Source: Bispira polyomma (Eukaryota). Taken from it: a stretch of 64,000 bases of DNA. Shown here piece by piece: positions 48,301 through 62,521 of the stretch; position 1 is the first letter of the stretch; the number at the start of each line of letters is the position of its first letter. The DNA lies in contig OZ287753.1 in the NCBI GenBank assembly GCA_965649765.1, forward strand, positions 20,088,001 to 20,152,000, in the 5' to 3' direction. The notes under the pieces were generated by a model, which had not been told where the DNA came from, did not search any database, and saw only the letters and a list, made by a program, of their open reading frames with translations. The position numbers were made by a program, and so were the translations under genes.

Positions 48301-51300
48301 TCAAAAGATGTGAGGACATTGCATATGTTAGCAAAAGGGCTACGGAAGGAGAGGATTGGACGACAAAGTTTTTCTAAAGAAACACAAATCTCTTACGACA
48401 GAAATCATGAAATGTCTGAGGAGGCTCATTTGTTGGTTGAAGAATTGATGATTTTAGCTAATGGATTAGTGGCTAAGCATCTTGTGAAAGAGCTACCTGA
48501 GAGAACTTTAGTTAGGAGCCAGCCAGCCCCAAGTAAGAATACACTAATATCCTGGATGCAAGGTAATGAGGTTGTAGCTCATTGTGGGTTTTTATTCCAA
48601 GATTTGACAGCTGAACTGACCAACCATGCAGAAAATGACAATTTCAACAGAGGACAGACTCTGAATATACTGCATTCAACATTTGAAATGTTGTCAAGAA
48701 AAGGTGAACAAGACATGCACAAACTGGAAAAAATAATTGCCATGGAAAAGATGCACCCAACATTAGCTGTGGGTTTTTCTGGTTGGCTGGACATACAGAC
48801 AAGAGCCAGTGTGCACAAGTATGAAGAGGATGTTACAAGTCGTCATTTCTCCCTGAAGAAGAACTACTACACTTGGTTTACATCACCCATCAGGAGATAC
48901 ATGGATATCATCATTCACAGACTCCTGTTGTACACTATGGACCAGAACCAGGTGAAAGAAATTCCTTACACTGCAGGGGAAATTCAGCATTTCAGCACAG
49001 AGTTTAACAATGCCACGCAGCGCTCAAGACAACACAGCCGAGCCAGTTCTGTTCTTCGAATGGCCACTAGCTTGAAAAGTCACACAGCTGTTGTCCCTGC
49101 ATTTGTTGGCACCTTTAATGAAGATGGTGTCACTTTTGAGCTGCCGTATTTACCTCAGATCAAAAAAAGGAACAGAAATGTGAACTACTCATTGTTTGGC
49201 ATCTGCGATAAGCCTAATACACAAGACAAGCATTTCACATTATTATGGCAGAAGAGATTGTACAGCACTCTTGTGAATGAGGAATATGCAAGGTTACAAA
49301 GTGCGGTGTCAACACCTGGGTTTGTTACCAAACTAAACCATGAGAAACATGTCAGAAAGGTCCTTGTAGAAAAATGGCTGGAATTGCAGGACCTTTTAGT
49401 TCAGCAAGATCTGTCTGAATTACCCTTTGCCATCCAAAGGATGATTGATGACAGTATTCCTCGAAACTTTCAAGATGGTCTATTCGATGATGTGACTTCA
49501 GAAATGAAGCATTCTCAACCAATCATCAAACACCATGCCAAGTTCTCTTTGACAGTAGAAACAGGAAATGCCCTGCCAGTGCAGCTGGGGACAACTGCAG
49601 AAAAGGGCATGTTAGTAACAGCAGTGAACCTGATAGGGCTGTCAAAAACAATAGACATTTGTACGGAGCATGCCTCGGACCCAGTGAAATGCTTTGCAGA
49701 TATTGCCACTACACCTAGCAAGCAGAGGTATAGGGACATCAGTGAGTACAAAAACATCTGGTTGCCTATACTGGAAATGGAAGCTGCCACCAATGCAGTC
49801 TCGGACGGTGATCCTGTCACAATACATAATGTCCCCGTAAAGATTTCTCCCATCAATGACAGGTATGACGGGTACATAGAGCTTCGTGAAGACTTTTGCA
49901 GCCATCGACATGTCAAGTTCCTCTCGACCAAAAAACTGAAAGGAGAGCAATTGCAAGACTACCTTTGCATGAGGTTTCCTGGCCAAGACAACTGGTCTGC
50001 CTTGCCGCACATGTCGGAGCCATTTTTGACCAACCATTTCTTGCCCCATAGTGTGTGGGTGGCACATGCTCAGGCAGTCTATGCCACTATCAAGGGTGAT
50101 GATGGGGGTGATAGGGTACGAGTAGAATTCACAGTGAACCAACACTGTGCTCCTCCATCCAAAGAAGTCAAGTTTGGAAAGCTCCAGAATTGTACAGTAG
50201 AGTTTATACCAAAAACTCTTCCAGATAGGTAATGTGTAATACAATTATTATAGATGACACTGTATTATCTTATTGCCTTCTGTAAAACTAGAATTATTAT
50301 CAATGCATCCTCTGCAGCACACATCCTAATCAACGAAAAGTAGTCCGATAGAAGGAAAAGGTTTGTGATCAAAAGACACAATTGCTCTGATCATGTTTTT
50401 TTTTTTTTATATTTTTATTTCTTTTTAGAACATATTACAAACAAAAACAAAACATCAAAAAGTTTTAACAGACAAAAATTAAAGGAAGAAAAATACAAAG
50501 TAGTTCACATGTTAGAATATTTACAAGTTCTCTTCTCCTATAATAATAATTACATTAAGTAAACAACAATACATTTTTCACATTGCTTTAGTATATTTAA
50601 TGCCTCAATAAATAAAATTAAGTATAGTTTTAAATTCTCAAAACATATTACCATTAAAATTTGCTTAACAAAGAAAAAAGACAAAACTACAGCAGTATAA
50701 AAATTAAAAGTAAACATTAGGTAGACCGTTTCTTGTTCATATCTCTATAAAAATGTTTTGCCAAAGAATCCACCTATTGTTAAATTTAACGTGTTGCATT
50801 TGTATGCTGTATAAAGATTTTTGTTCTAGATATATTCTTTTTATTTCTTTCTGCAAGTAGTAAACGTTTAATGCATAATTTTTCTTTAGACACAACAATA
50901 TATGTCTTCTTGTCACTAATAATATTAGATTCATTGGCCAAAAATGCTGGTCCATTTGTAAATATCCCAGAATTTTCATAGTGTTAGTTATTGTAAAATC
51001 AATGCCAAGTTTATTTAAAATCCATTGCTTAATATTTTGCCAAAGTTCATTTACTTTCACACAGTCACAAAAGAGATGCTTAATCGTTTCAGAGAATTGA
51101 TTACACAATCTACATTTACTGTCATCAGAAAGCTTTAGTTTGCTCAGGTAATATTTGGTGCCTAAAATTTTGAAAAGTATTCGATACTGAAACCAGATAA
51201 GACAATTGTCATTAACGCTTTTTAAGCAGCTTTTGTATATATTGCTCCAAACCTCTTTCCGATTTGTTTGATAGTTTTCCATATTTAACATGCTTTCCCA

Positions 51301-54300
51301 TAGCAATTCACATAAGGGTTTCTCATTCAACTTATTCTCATTAAATAAATTATAGAATTCTCTACAGCCTTTTTGGGATGGTAAAATCTTGCCTAAATGA
51401 AATGGGTATGTTGGTGTTTCATACAGCCAAGGACCTTCACATTTAAACTTACTAAGAAACGTTTTGATGTTCATGCTAACTGTATAATAGTTCAAAATAT
51501 TTACCTTCATTTTGAATTTACTGTTAATTTCGTTCAGACTCAATATTCCCCCATTTGTTTCAACTATATCTCCAACCATATAGATTCCTCTTTTAAACCA
51601 ATCTGGAAAAAGGTGGGGGTTTTGAATATCTGTGGATTATACCAAATGCATGAACGAAGAATCTCGGAGTTTGTATTAACTCTTTGTTTATCGCATAAGA
51701 GCATCCAGTCTTTTTCCAAAATTGATTCTGAATATTGTCTACAATATTAAAGCTCCACCCACCACAGAATGTTACTGCATGACTGACATTTCCATACATC
51801 TCAACAAGAAGTTTATACCATTGAGAGTTGGTTTGGGACAGTAGCTTCCTAATCCAACTGACTTTTAATGCCTTTTTAAAATTATATATATTAATCATTT
51901 TCATTCCTCCGTGCATATAATCAGAGCAAAATACAGATCTCTTTATCTTATCAGGTTTACCATCCCACAAAAACTTATATAAAATATTATTAATTTTCTT
52001 GAGAAAAGAATTTGACCTTTCTATTGTTGTTAGTAGATTGATATATTTTGACAAAATATTGGTTTTAATAATAGTTATTTTTCCAAATGGAGTTAAATAC
52101 CGGCTATTCCATTTTGTTACCTCTTTTTTAATACTTTCTAGTGTCTTACTATAATTATGTTCTGAGATTTCTTGTAGATTTGTAGAAAATTCCAGACCTA
52201 ATAAACTAAAATTAGATTCACCCCAATTCAAATCTATGGACACTTTTAATTTATCCCTTGAAATTTTTTTCCGACCAATCCAAATAACTTTAGTTTTGTC
52301 TTTATTCATTCGCAAACCAGATATGTTTCCATATATTTCTAATGTATCTAAAGCTGCTTGCAAGGAGCACTGACTTCCATCAAGCATTAAAGTGATGTCA
52401 TCTGCAAACTGTGTGAGTTTAAACTCGGTTTTATTTAGCATAATACCCTTAATATGAGGATTTACTTGTATTAACATTGATAATATTTCTGCACCTATCA
52501 AAAATAAATAGGGTGAAATAGGATCACCTTGTCGACATCCTCTTTCAATAGGTATTTCCTTTGATAAAACAAAAGCTGTTATATTATTATTAAATAGTTC
52601 TATCTATTTGATAAGGTTTTCACTAAAACCAAAAGAGGCTGAAGCTTTATATAAAAATTTCCAAAAAAGGGAATCAAAGGCCTTCTCAAAATCAATTAAC
52701 ATCAAGAGGCCGGGGATATTTTTCAACTCTGTAGCGTTTAATAAATCGTATATCAACCTTGTATTTTCACTCATAAATCTGCCTTTGATAAAACCTGTTT
52801 GACAGTTTGATATTATGTGATCTAATGTTGGTTTCAGTCTTTCCGCAATTGTGCCTGATGCTAATTTATATAAGACACTCAAAAGTGAAATTGGACGCCA
52901 ATTCTTTACAAAGGCCCTATCTTTATTAGGTTTTGGCAGACATGTTATTACACACCGACGTAGTGTAATTGACAACTGACCTTTGCTAAAACAGCAATTT
53001 ATTGCACTTGTAATAAAATATTTTAATTTCCCCCAAAAGACTTTTAGGAATTCTGCTGTAATCCCATCTATGCCAGGAATTTTATTATGTTTCATTTTTT
53101 TCAATACAGACCCGACCTCAGCCACAGTTAATGGTAAACCCAAATCTTTGTTGCCCACAGTTTTATCAAAATTCAAACTGAGCTGTTCAAAATCTGTGTA
53201 ACAAAGATCATTGTCTCTATTTTTGAAAAGATTTACATAATATTCTCTTATGTGGTGCAGCACCTCTCCTTGTTCAGTGATACAAGAATCATTGTTCAAG
53301 TAAATTTTTTTTATAGTCTTGTCAATAAAATTTTTTTTTTCAAGATTGCAGAAATATTTAGAAGGTTTTTCTCCCTCATGAAGCCATTGTATCCGAGCTC
53401 TAACTAATTGTCCTCTTATTCTCGTCTTTCTGATTGTCTCTAACTCAGCTTTTTTATCAAGTAGGAGTTGAGCATTAGTTTCTTGCAGAGAATCACTAGA
53501 TTCTAAAGTCTCAATGTCTGTTATCAAATTCTTTTCATTTGTAATATTCTTTTTCTTCTCAAAAGAAGCAAATTTTATTGTCTCCCCTCTTATTCTGAGG
53601 AATAATGTCTCTATAAAAGTATCAATGTCAATAGTGAAGACAATATTTGAATAGTTTTCTTTCAGGAAGTCCAGATTATAAATAGGGAGAGCATATTTTT
53701 CTTTCTCTTCCTCAATTATGTTATTGATTAATTTTATATAATCAGGGTGTTCCAATAGATTGTTGTTGAATTTCCAGATTCCCTTACCTAATGTAAACTT
53801 ATTAAGCATAAGTTTCAATTCTATAATGGAATGATCAGATCTGTAGCTTAATTTTATGTCATATTTGTTTGTTATATCTAAAATACTTGATGACCCTAAA
53901 AAGAAATCTGGCCTTGCTTGTTTAACTGGATTTCTTTTTCTCCAGGTATAACGTTTTCTGTCTGGATGAAATTGCCTATATATGTCACATAGACCAACCT
54001 CGCTGATCGTATTCAAAACTGAGAGCCTTGCATTTGGATTATTTATGTTTTTATAATTATGCGTGTCCAAATCTGGGTTTAATACTAAGTTAAAGTCACC
54101 ACATATTATACAATAGTCTGCATTTTCATTTTGTAAATCTGTATGTAGTTTGTCAAAGAAATCTGGGCTATCATTATTGGGACCGTATAAAGTGATCAGA
54201 TTTATTGTCATACAGCTTAATTTCAATAAGAGATTTAAAAGGTTTCCATCTTTGTCCTTGCTATTGGAGAGTACCTCATATTCAAAGTTATTATTTAGGA

Positions 54301-57300
54301 GAATTGCTACACCATGAGAATTTGTCCTGCTGGCATTTAAATAGATTTCAATATTCCACAATGCTTTAATAACTGCAATATCATTATCCGTCAAATGTGT
54401 GTCTTGCAGACAAACAATGTTGGCATTTGTTTCTTTGAAATATGATATCACATCTAACCGTTTCTCGGGGCTTCTTAAACCTTGACAGTTTGCAGATAAC
54501 ACCTTAATGCTATTTCCTATGTTTGCCATATAGCCTTGCTAAAGCACCCCTTACAAGGTAGCTCAAAATTGATTTAAAGAGTTTACATAGAAACACAATG
54601 TTTGATCTGAGGCTAAAAATTAAGTAATTTAAAATAAGACTTCCAGGGTTTTTCAACATCAAAACAAAGCAGATATATGTATATAAATTCACAACTCTAG
54701 GCATAACAGCAACAGTTAAAAAATATTCGGTTAGTACAGAGAACATGATATGATTGTGAAATCTACACAAAGAATATGTACAAACAGGTATGTTAAAACC
54801 CAAACAGAATACCATGATATCCTGCATGTGTAAGCTTATTAGCAAATCTACCTGAAAATTTTAACTGGTATGTGTGTCATAAAACAGTGGTTAACATCAG
54901 CTGCGATAATTTAATATTTACACTTATATGTTATTAATCAAGAAGTGTTTATTCAAGAAATAAAATTTTATTAAAGAAGCACTGTTAGCAAAATATGTGC
55001 CTGGTACCTGATACTCTACTCTCTAGTATGTTGAGCTCTTTAATTAGGGCAAGGTAACTTGCATCTAACTTTGTAACCATTCTTTGAATCAAGAGATTCT
55101 TCAGTGATATTTAAATAAAATAATCGTAAAGTAATACCTAAACTGATACAAAATTAATATGACTGCTAATAAGATATCAAGAATGATGCATAGCCAGCCG
55201 TTTACTGACTATTATAACATAATACAAGTTTTATCAAGTTTAAACAAAGTATCTTTCAAATAAACTTCTGAAATACAAAATTAAAATATGAAATCTTAAC
55301 TAAGCAGTTTTAACTGTGAACTATATAAAGTTAAAAAGTTTTTTTTAGTTTTGACGTTCGCCTGTTAAAGTGGTTAAACATTACCTTGAATAACGAAAAT
55401 TACATTAATATTTTACATGTAATATAGTATTTGAGGCAAGATTGCAACTATTTTTTCTCTAACACAAACTATACATCTAGACGTATAGTATAGAATTTAA
55501 TCAATTCATTATAATATAAAATTATCTATTTCAACCATCTGTAGGTGAACCCTGGTAGGTTGGATTTCAATCAAGTTCCTATATTTTATGTGTGATTTAT
55601 TTGTAACAACATAGAAATTACGGGAGTTTACGGTGATGGGACAATGAACATAATGTTCTACTAAACAGGGAATTTAAACAAATCTTATATACCAAGGTTC
55701 AACTAAAGAGTCACATTAATAATTCTACAGTTCAGATCTAAGGCATATTTTATTAAAATTTTATAGTTTTTCATATTTACTACCTTGATCGTTGACCAGT
55801 TATTTGTGCCCATCAGTTGTTTAGACACCTCACTGCAAGCGCGTTGAATTAGTTCAAGTTTTCCCAAATTTGGTCCATTATGGATTCTAGACACTGCCAC
55901 AAAAGTATTCTCCATTTTGTTATCCTCAATGTACTTCACCAGTATTTCACTACCTCTACACTCGCCATCATCAGAATTCCCTGTTGCACATACACCATCC
56001 TCATTGTTGATATTGTAGCTATACATAATATGATCTGTACTGGCGACCTCATATCTTGGAACAATGCATCTCTTGCCCTCACCGCATCCTCGATCGAGTA
56101 AACATGTACAGCATGACCTTGAAAAATACTTCCTTTGACAGTAATTTCCTTTGAGTGGAAAAGATTGTTGTAGTCGCTAGGCATGACATCCAGTTTTGGT
56201 AAGTTGTTGCTTTCAAAGGGACTTCCAACCTCCTCACGATTATGCATCAGTTTATCCTTGAAAAACTGGATATTATGGGACTTTTTATCCGTGTAGGTCC
56301 TTCTTATTTCTGGAAAGGTGTCCATCTGGGCTGATCTGCGTTCTCTCATTTGTCGAGGCAACTGTTCACAAACAGCATACCTTTTCCCTCTGAGGTTGCG
56401 TACATGTTTCATAATGAAGTCTTTACCCTTACGCATAACAAACTTCGCTACAATAGGTCTTGCTCTGCGGGCGGTTGGATTTATTTTCCCTACTCTGTGG
56501 GCTACATCAACTCGGATGTCTCCAGACAGATTTTCCTTGGAGTAAATGTTCTCACGTGCAATCCTCATTTCATCTCTCAAAAAATTTGTAATTAAGTACT
56601 CATAGTTTTCACCTTTGGTTTCATCTATGTTGTAAAACACAAGATTATCACTCATGTTCCTCCACTCTAAGTCCTCCATTTTAGTGGACAGACGTTTGAC
56701 CTCTTTTTCCAACCTGTGGTTTTTCCCCTCCAAAGTAGATAACTTTGACAACAGTAGCTCATTACTAACTTGTTGCTCCTTGTCTTGGATAATGGTATCA
56801 ACTTTATCCTTAATGTCATCCAGCGTTACAAGTTTTTCCATTAGTCTATCCAGCTTCTCGTGTTGAGATAAATTTGTCCATTTATCAGGAAGTTCCGGTT
56901 TACTGACTGCACCTTGCGGGCTATCTAAAGACGACATCCTAATGAGTTTATTTGGATTTACAGACAAAGGGCTAGGACTCGAACTAACTTCTGACTTAGT
57001 TCTTTTCCTTGATTCAATGTATGGTGAACTACAGCTGTTACCCAGATTTTGTCCGGCTTCCATAGAGTAATGTTTTAAAAAAATATACAAGTCTAGGGGT
57101 TTAATCCATATATGTGTGTTCTGAGGTTCAAGTGATGAAAACAGATACTTTATTAACATGTAATTCCTATTACAAATTTCCAGGAGATTTATTTCTCTCT
57201 TGTCCCACTTTCTAGTAAAAAGTGTCTAAAGCCCAGTTCAACACAAACTATCCTATTATTCAGTTTATTTGTTATATTCAAGTGATAAAAACATTGACAT

Positions 57301-60300
57301 GTAATTTCAGGTACAAAAGTCCAAGAGAGGTATATTTCTGCACTTCCAATTTCTGGTAAAAAGGTGTCAAAAGTCTAGTTTTATACACACTATTCAAAGT
57401 GACATTGGTAAAACTCTAGCCTTTAAATAAACTTGTCCATATATGGAGTGTACAGACCCATATGACAATCAATATGAAGCATGGAATAAAATTCAAAGCA
57501 TATAAAACATATCCATTATTTAGCATTCATAGAGCTTTTTTACAAAAATAAAGTATAACATTATAATCACAAGATATTATATATTCATAGTATCCATTTT
57601 GTTTCCACTGATTTATATCACATTATCCATATTTTGGTAGATTTGCAGCAGCTACACTCACACACACCTTGTCATGGTATTTCCATCAACAATCATGTTT
57701 TTTATAGTGATGCATATTTTGTTTCCCAACTAAAAAACATATGAATATTAACAACAAGTTTATGACCATTTATTGTTTTATGTCATTATTTAGGCGAATG
57801 AAAGATGCAGTGGAGAACCTGAATGAAGCCAATGATATATCCAAAGCAATAATTTTGGGGAAACCATTAACTGAAGGTGATGAAGCTCTTATATAAATCT
57901 ATACGTTTTGCAATATATATATTCAAACTGGCTAAATTTTTATATAGATTGTACTAACAAAAATACCTTTTAAAGAAATGTTCACCATTTGCAAAAAGTT
58001 GAAAAGTTTAATTTCTATTCAATTGACAGGCCAAGCACTTTATAAAGAGATTTTTTAATAAACATTGTGTTGCATAAAATGTGTAAGTTTAATTTTGCTT
58101 GAAAAAATGTTAACAGTTGTTCACAAATATCAAGATTTTAAAATACAATCTTAAATGTCAATATTTTGTAGGGCAATCTTGAATTTCTGCAGAGAGAAAA
58201 CCTAACAGTATTCTGAATGCCTTATGTGTTTCTTTCAGTGGACGTAGCCAATGAGTCGGACTCTGTACCTAGGGTTGTAGATATATGTGTCAAAAAGGCT
58301 AACCATCCTCTGCCTTTAAACAATAGCGCACAGATTGAGGCCATAGAGCATGCACTAAAGCACAGTTTTACCATGATACAAGGACCACCAGGTATGTCTC
58401 AGATCAATGTGTGATTCACAAACATTTCTAAGGTGACCATGACCTCTCATTGATGACAAATATTGTTAACGTTTATTGATGCTACATCTGTGTTTAAACA
58501 AACTTAGGTGACAAATCTATCACTTCTAAAGTGATGAACACTAAAATATTTACTTTCAGTTATATATTTGACTTAAAATACATGATAAAATCCTTAACAC
58601 AATTAGTACACCGAAACTAAGTATTATATGTAAATCAGACCTTCCTAACTAACATAGGAATTTTCCTAACGTGGAATCTAAGTAATACAGATAAAAGTGC
58701 GTTTGTTTTGCAGAAAACTTTCTTCAGTAAAAAAACTTCCCTATCTATGGTGTACTTAACTAAGTTTTCTTTGTGAATGCAACCCTAATCTAAACTGAGT
58801 TAAAGGCTTACACACAACCATCATTGGCCTAGTTCTTAAGGAAGTGGACTAGTGATAAGAAGATCTCTGGTTTGACTCTGGGTAACTCTTTAAGGGTAAT
58901 TGGGGGAGAACATCATTGGACCATATGTAAACATGTCATTGTCTACTGATGATCAATGCAATGTTGTAGGACTATCCCTTTTTGGAAATAGGGTCCGCGT
59001 CATCTAGTGGTTAGAAGCGTTTGCCAATAATCACTGGTCTCTCACTAATGTGGGTTCAAATTTCGGTATTTCCTTAATGTGGGAAAGTTTGTCATGTACT
59101 AGCTATAGGCCAGCAGTTAACAGTTATTCAGCAGCAAAATTTGAACAAAATATGTTTGTGTTTATTGTCTCCATTTATTGCAAGATTATGACTCCAGTAG
59201 TTTAACCTGGTCAATGATAGAACTCTAAATGGCAACATATATTACATTTGCCAAGTGAATGAATAACAGTAATTAAAAAAATTATCTGTTGTTGGTCTTA
59301 AATTCTGTGGTTTACCTTTATAATCTTACATTATACTTATTTTTCTTTCACTTTGTTTTACGGTATTTATCTAAACATGTTAGGAGAGAGCAATAGTTTG
59401 ATTCAAATAATAGAGGATTCATAAAAACATAACTTAGGGAAAATGGAATTATGTTCCATGCAATTGAACATTTGTACAACAGAAATTCAGGTCATACTGT
59501 GGCTACTTTTAGATTGCATAGTCTATGGTTTGTGATGCAGGAACAGGGAAGACACTGACAGGAGTCAAGCTGGTGTACTGGTTTAATGAGATGAATAAGA
59601 ATATCCCGTCTGGTACTTCTAAGAGACAGATCATGTACTGTGGACCATCAAACAGTGCAGTGGATGTGGCCACAAGTAAGTCATACAGTAAAACTACCCA
59701 TAATGATGTATTCCAAGAAGATATTATGTTGATACACATAAGGGGGTGTAACCAAAACAGAGAAATTTTATATGAACTTTCGGTGAGAAGAATGAGTGAT
59801 GTCCTTCATTTTTTAGGATCTAGGGTAATTTTTTTTTAGCACTGCAATTTTGCTGAGATTTGGTTTTATCCCATCTTTAGAAATAAGGAAACCCAAATAC
59901 TGAACTTCCTAAGCAGTTAATTGACATTTATTTTGAGACTTTTTTCCCTAAAACACTTCTTCAAGATGAGTCAGATGTTAAGTAAATGTTTCAAGGTGTC
60001 ATCTCTTTACATAATTACAGATTTCTAGTTTAATTTATGTAAAACTTGACTCTTTACCATTCGAAATGCAGGAGGGTCATTTCTGAGTCCAAAAGCCATC
60101 GCATTAAAATATTACTGTCCACTTGCATTAATAAATGCTGTTTTGTGCTTTGAACTTGGTTGAACAAGAATTTGAAAGCGGCGAGTTCTATCGTGAAGAT
60201 CATTTTGACATTTGCTGCTGGTTCAGTGACTTCATTAATACCCCTGTCATATATGGCCATCCTGTATTCTTATGATTTCTTTTTCATTATTACAATAGTT

Positions 60301-62477
60301 GCTGCCCACTCTAATAACAAGGCTTCTATTTTAACATTGTCCAAGAAATTTTTAATTGTATTATCCACTGATACGGTGGATAAGATTTTCGCTGTTAACA
60401 CTTTCAGTGGAAAAACTAGACCAGCTAGCTTCACCCAATTTGCATGATATCTTTATTGGGAGGTAAGCTTCTCTGTGACTGAAATTAGCCTTATTCTGAA
60501 AAACAAGATGGCCGCCCTCGGCATTTCTTTGAAAATTATCTAACTTTTTCTACTGGCTGGTTCTCGTAACTAGAAGGTTGAATCTCTTCATAGGTGATAT
60601 GTATAACAGATATAAAAGTCCTCTACAAGCAAGCAGACATTTGACTTTGAAGCTCTTAATTCAAGGTCATCCACAGAGTGCCAAAGTACCTCACATAGTG
60701 AACTTTAAAAGTGCCTATATCTCCCTTATTATTGGTCCTAGAGGTTTAGCATGTGAAGCCAACCTATAGGTAATCATGGGCTAGGAATCTTCTGATGTGG
60801 TCAGATTTAACCTTTGCCCCTCCTTCAAGGTCAAACAAGGATAACCAAACTTAAAAGTGCTCATAACTCGCTTATTATTGCTCCTACAGGTTTGCAATGT
60901 GAAACTAACTTACAGGTAATCGTGTGCTAGGAATCTTCTGATGTGGTCAGATTTGACCTTGGGCCCCTCCTTTAAGGTCAGATAAGGGTAGCCAAACTTA
61001 AAAGTGCTTATAACTCGCTTATTATTGGTCCTACAGTTTTGGGATGTGAAACCAACCTATAGGAAATCATGGGCTGAGAGTCTTCTGATGTGGTCAGGTT
61101 TGACCTTGGGCCCCTCCTTGAAGATCAAAAAAGGGTAGCCAAATTTACAATGTCAAATTCACTTGTGTCATTTAAGGCTTTAGCATAAATACCCTAAAGG
61201 AAATCATAGACTTCTAGCTTGGGTGCTAGCTAGAGTGCTTGCTACTGAGGGTGATTCGTCTTTCTGGTGGATACAAATATGCATCGGTTCTCCAATGCGC
61301 TAGGTCTACTTTGTCTATTTCCTTTGGTATTTAGAGTGGTTCTGTAAAGTGTCTTCTGAATGGGTTATATCGCCAGCATTGAGATAGGCTCTAGCACACC
61401 AATATACTTATTGGGTGCTGTTACACTGGCCACAACTGGACAAATATTATTGTCCCTGTTACTTTTTACATTAGTAGGACTGCTTTTCACGTTCTGTCTC
61501 TTCTTGTATGCACTGGAAAACACCGGTGGATACATTAGTTTGTTATGCCACCGCCGCTCCAGTGTGTAGAGATTTTACCATTACCGCTCTCCTGGGAAAA
61601 CTTTTACACCTAGGTTCCTGATATTTACAGAAAATGTTCTTTATTACAAAAGAATAATTTTGGCCTCATTTTGAAAAGCAAGACGGCCGCCACGGGCGTT
61701 TCTGTGGAAATAATAAGGCTTTTAACTGTGTCTGTTTCTGAGCTGTAGAAGGTTAAATCTCTTAATGGGTGATATGTTTAATCTCCTCATTCAAGGTCAT
61801 TGACAGAGTGCCAAAGTACCCCAAGTGACCGATTTTGGCCAAACTTAATCTCGCCTAATATTAGTCCTACAGGGTTTGGATGTAAAACCAACCTATAGAA
61901 AATCACGCCTGGGAATCTTTTAAAGTGCTCACATTTGACCTTGGGCCCCTCGTTTAAAGTCAAATGCATATGGCCAAACTTAAAAGTGCCTATATCCCAC
62001 TTAGTATTGGTCCTAGAGGTTTAAAATATGAAATCAACCTGTATGAAATCAACGTGTGGAATCTTTTGATTCGGTCTGATTTTATCTTGGGCCTCTCATT
62101 CAAAGTCAATCTTGGTTAGACCTGAAAGTGCCTATATCTCGTGAATTATTGGTCGTAGAGGTTTGGGATGTAAAACAAATCTATAGGAAATCATGGGCTG
62201 GTTATATTTTGCTGTGGTCAGATTTAACCTTGGACCCCTTGTGCAAGGTCAAATGGGTAGGCCAAACTTTAAAGTGCCTATCTCACACTTTTTATTGGTC
62301 TCACAGGTTTGCAATGTGAAACCCACTTCATGCCATTTCAAACTTTAGCATAAATGCCCTATGAGAAATCATAGGCTTCTAGCTGGGGTGTCTGCTACCT
62401 AGGGTGCTTTGTCTTTCATGTGGATACAAATATGCATCGGTTCTCCGATGCGCTAGGTCTAGTCTTACTTATGTTTC

Positions 62478-62521
<44 letters not shown>

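Larger units (their letters stand above)
50402..57691 (-). mobile_element. Full-length, inactivated L1/Tx1-type non-LTR retrotransposon in a HELZ2 intron
   Basis: ORF1 + ORF2 (APE-RT-zinc knuckle); AATAAA (complement of 50414-50419) and poly(A) tail at ~50396-50408; TSD ATCATGTTTTTT at 50390-50401 and 57692-57703. Confidence 0.93.

Noticed and set aside
50737-54529. Programmed readthrough or frameshifting in LINE ORF2
   Set aside because: A TAG at a typical Trp position, an adjacent small deletion and two frameshifts look like random decay.
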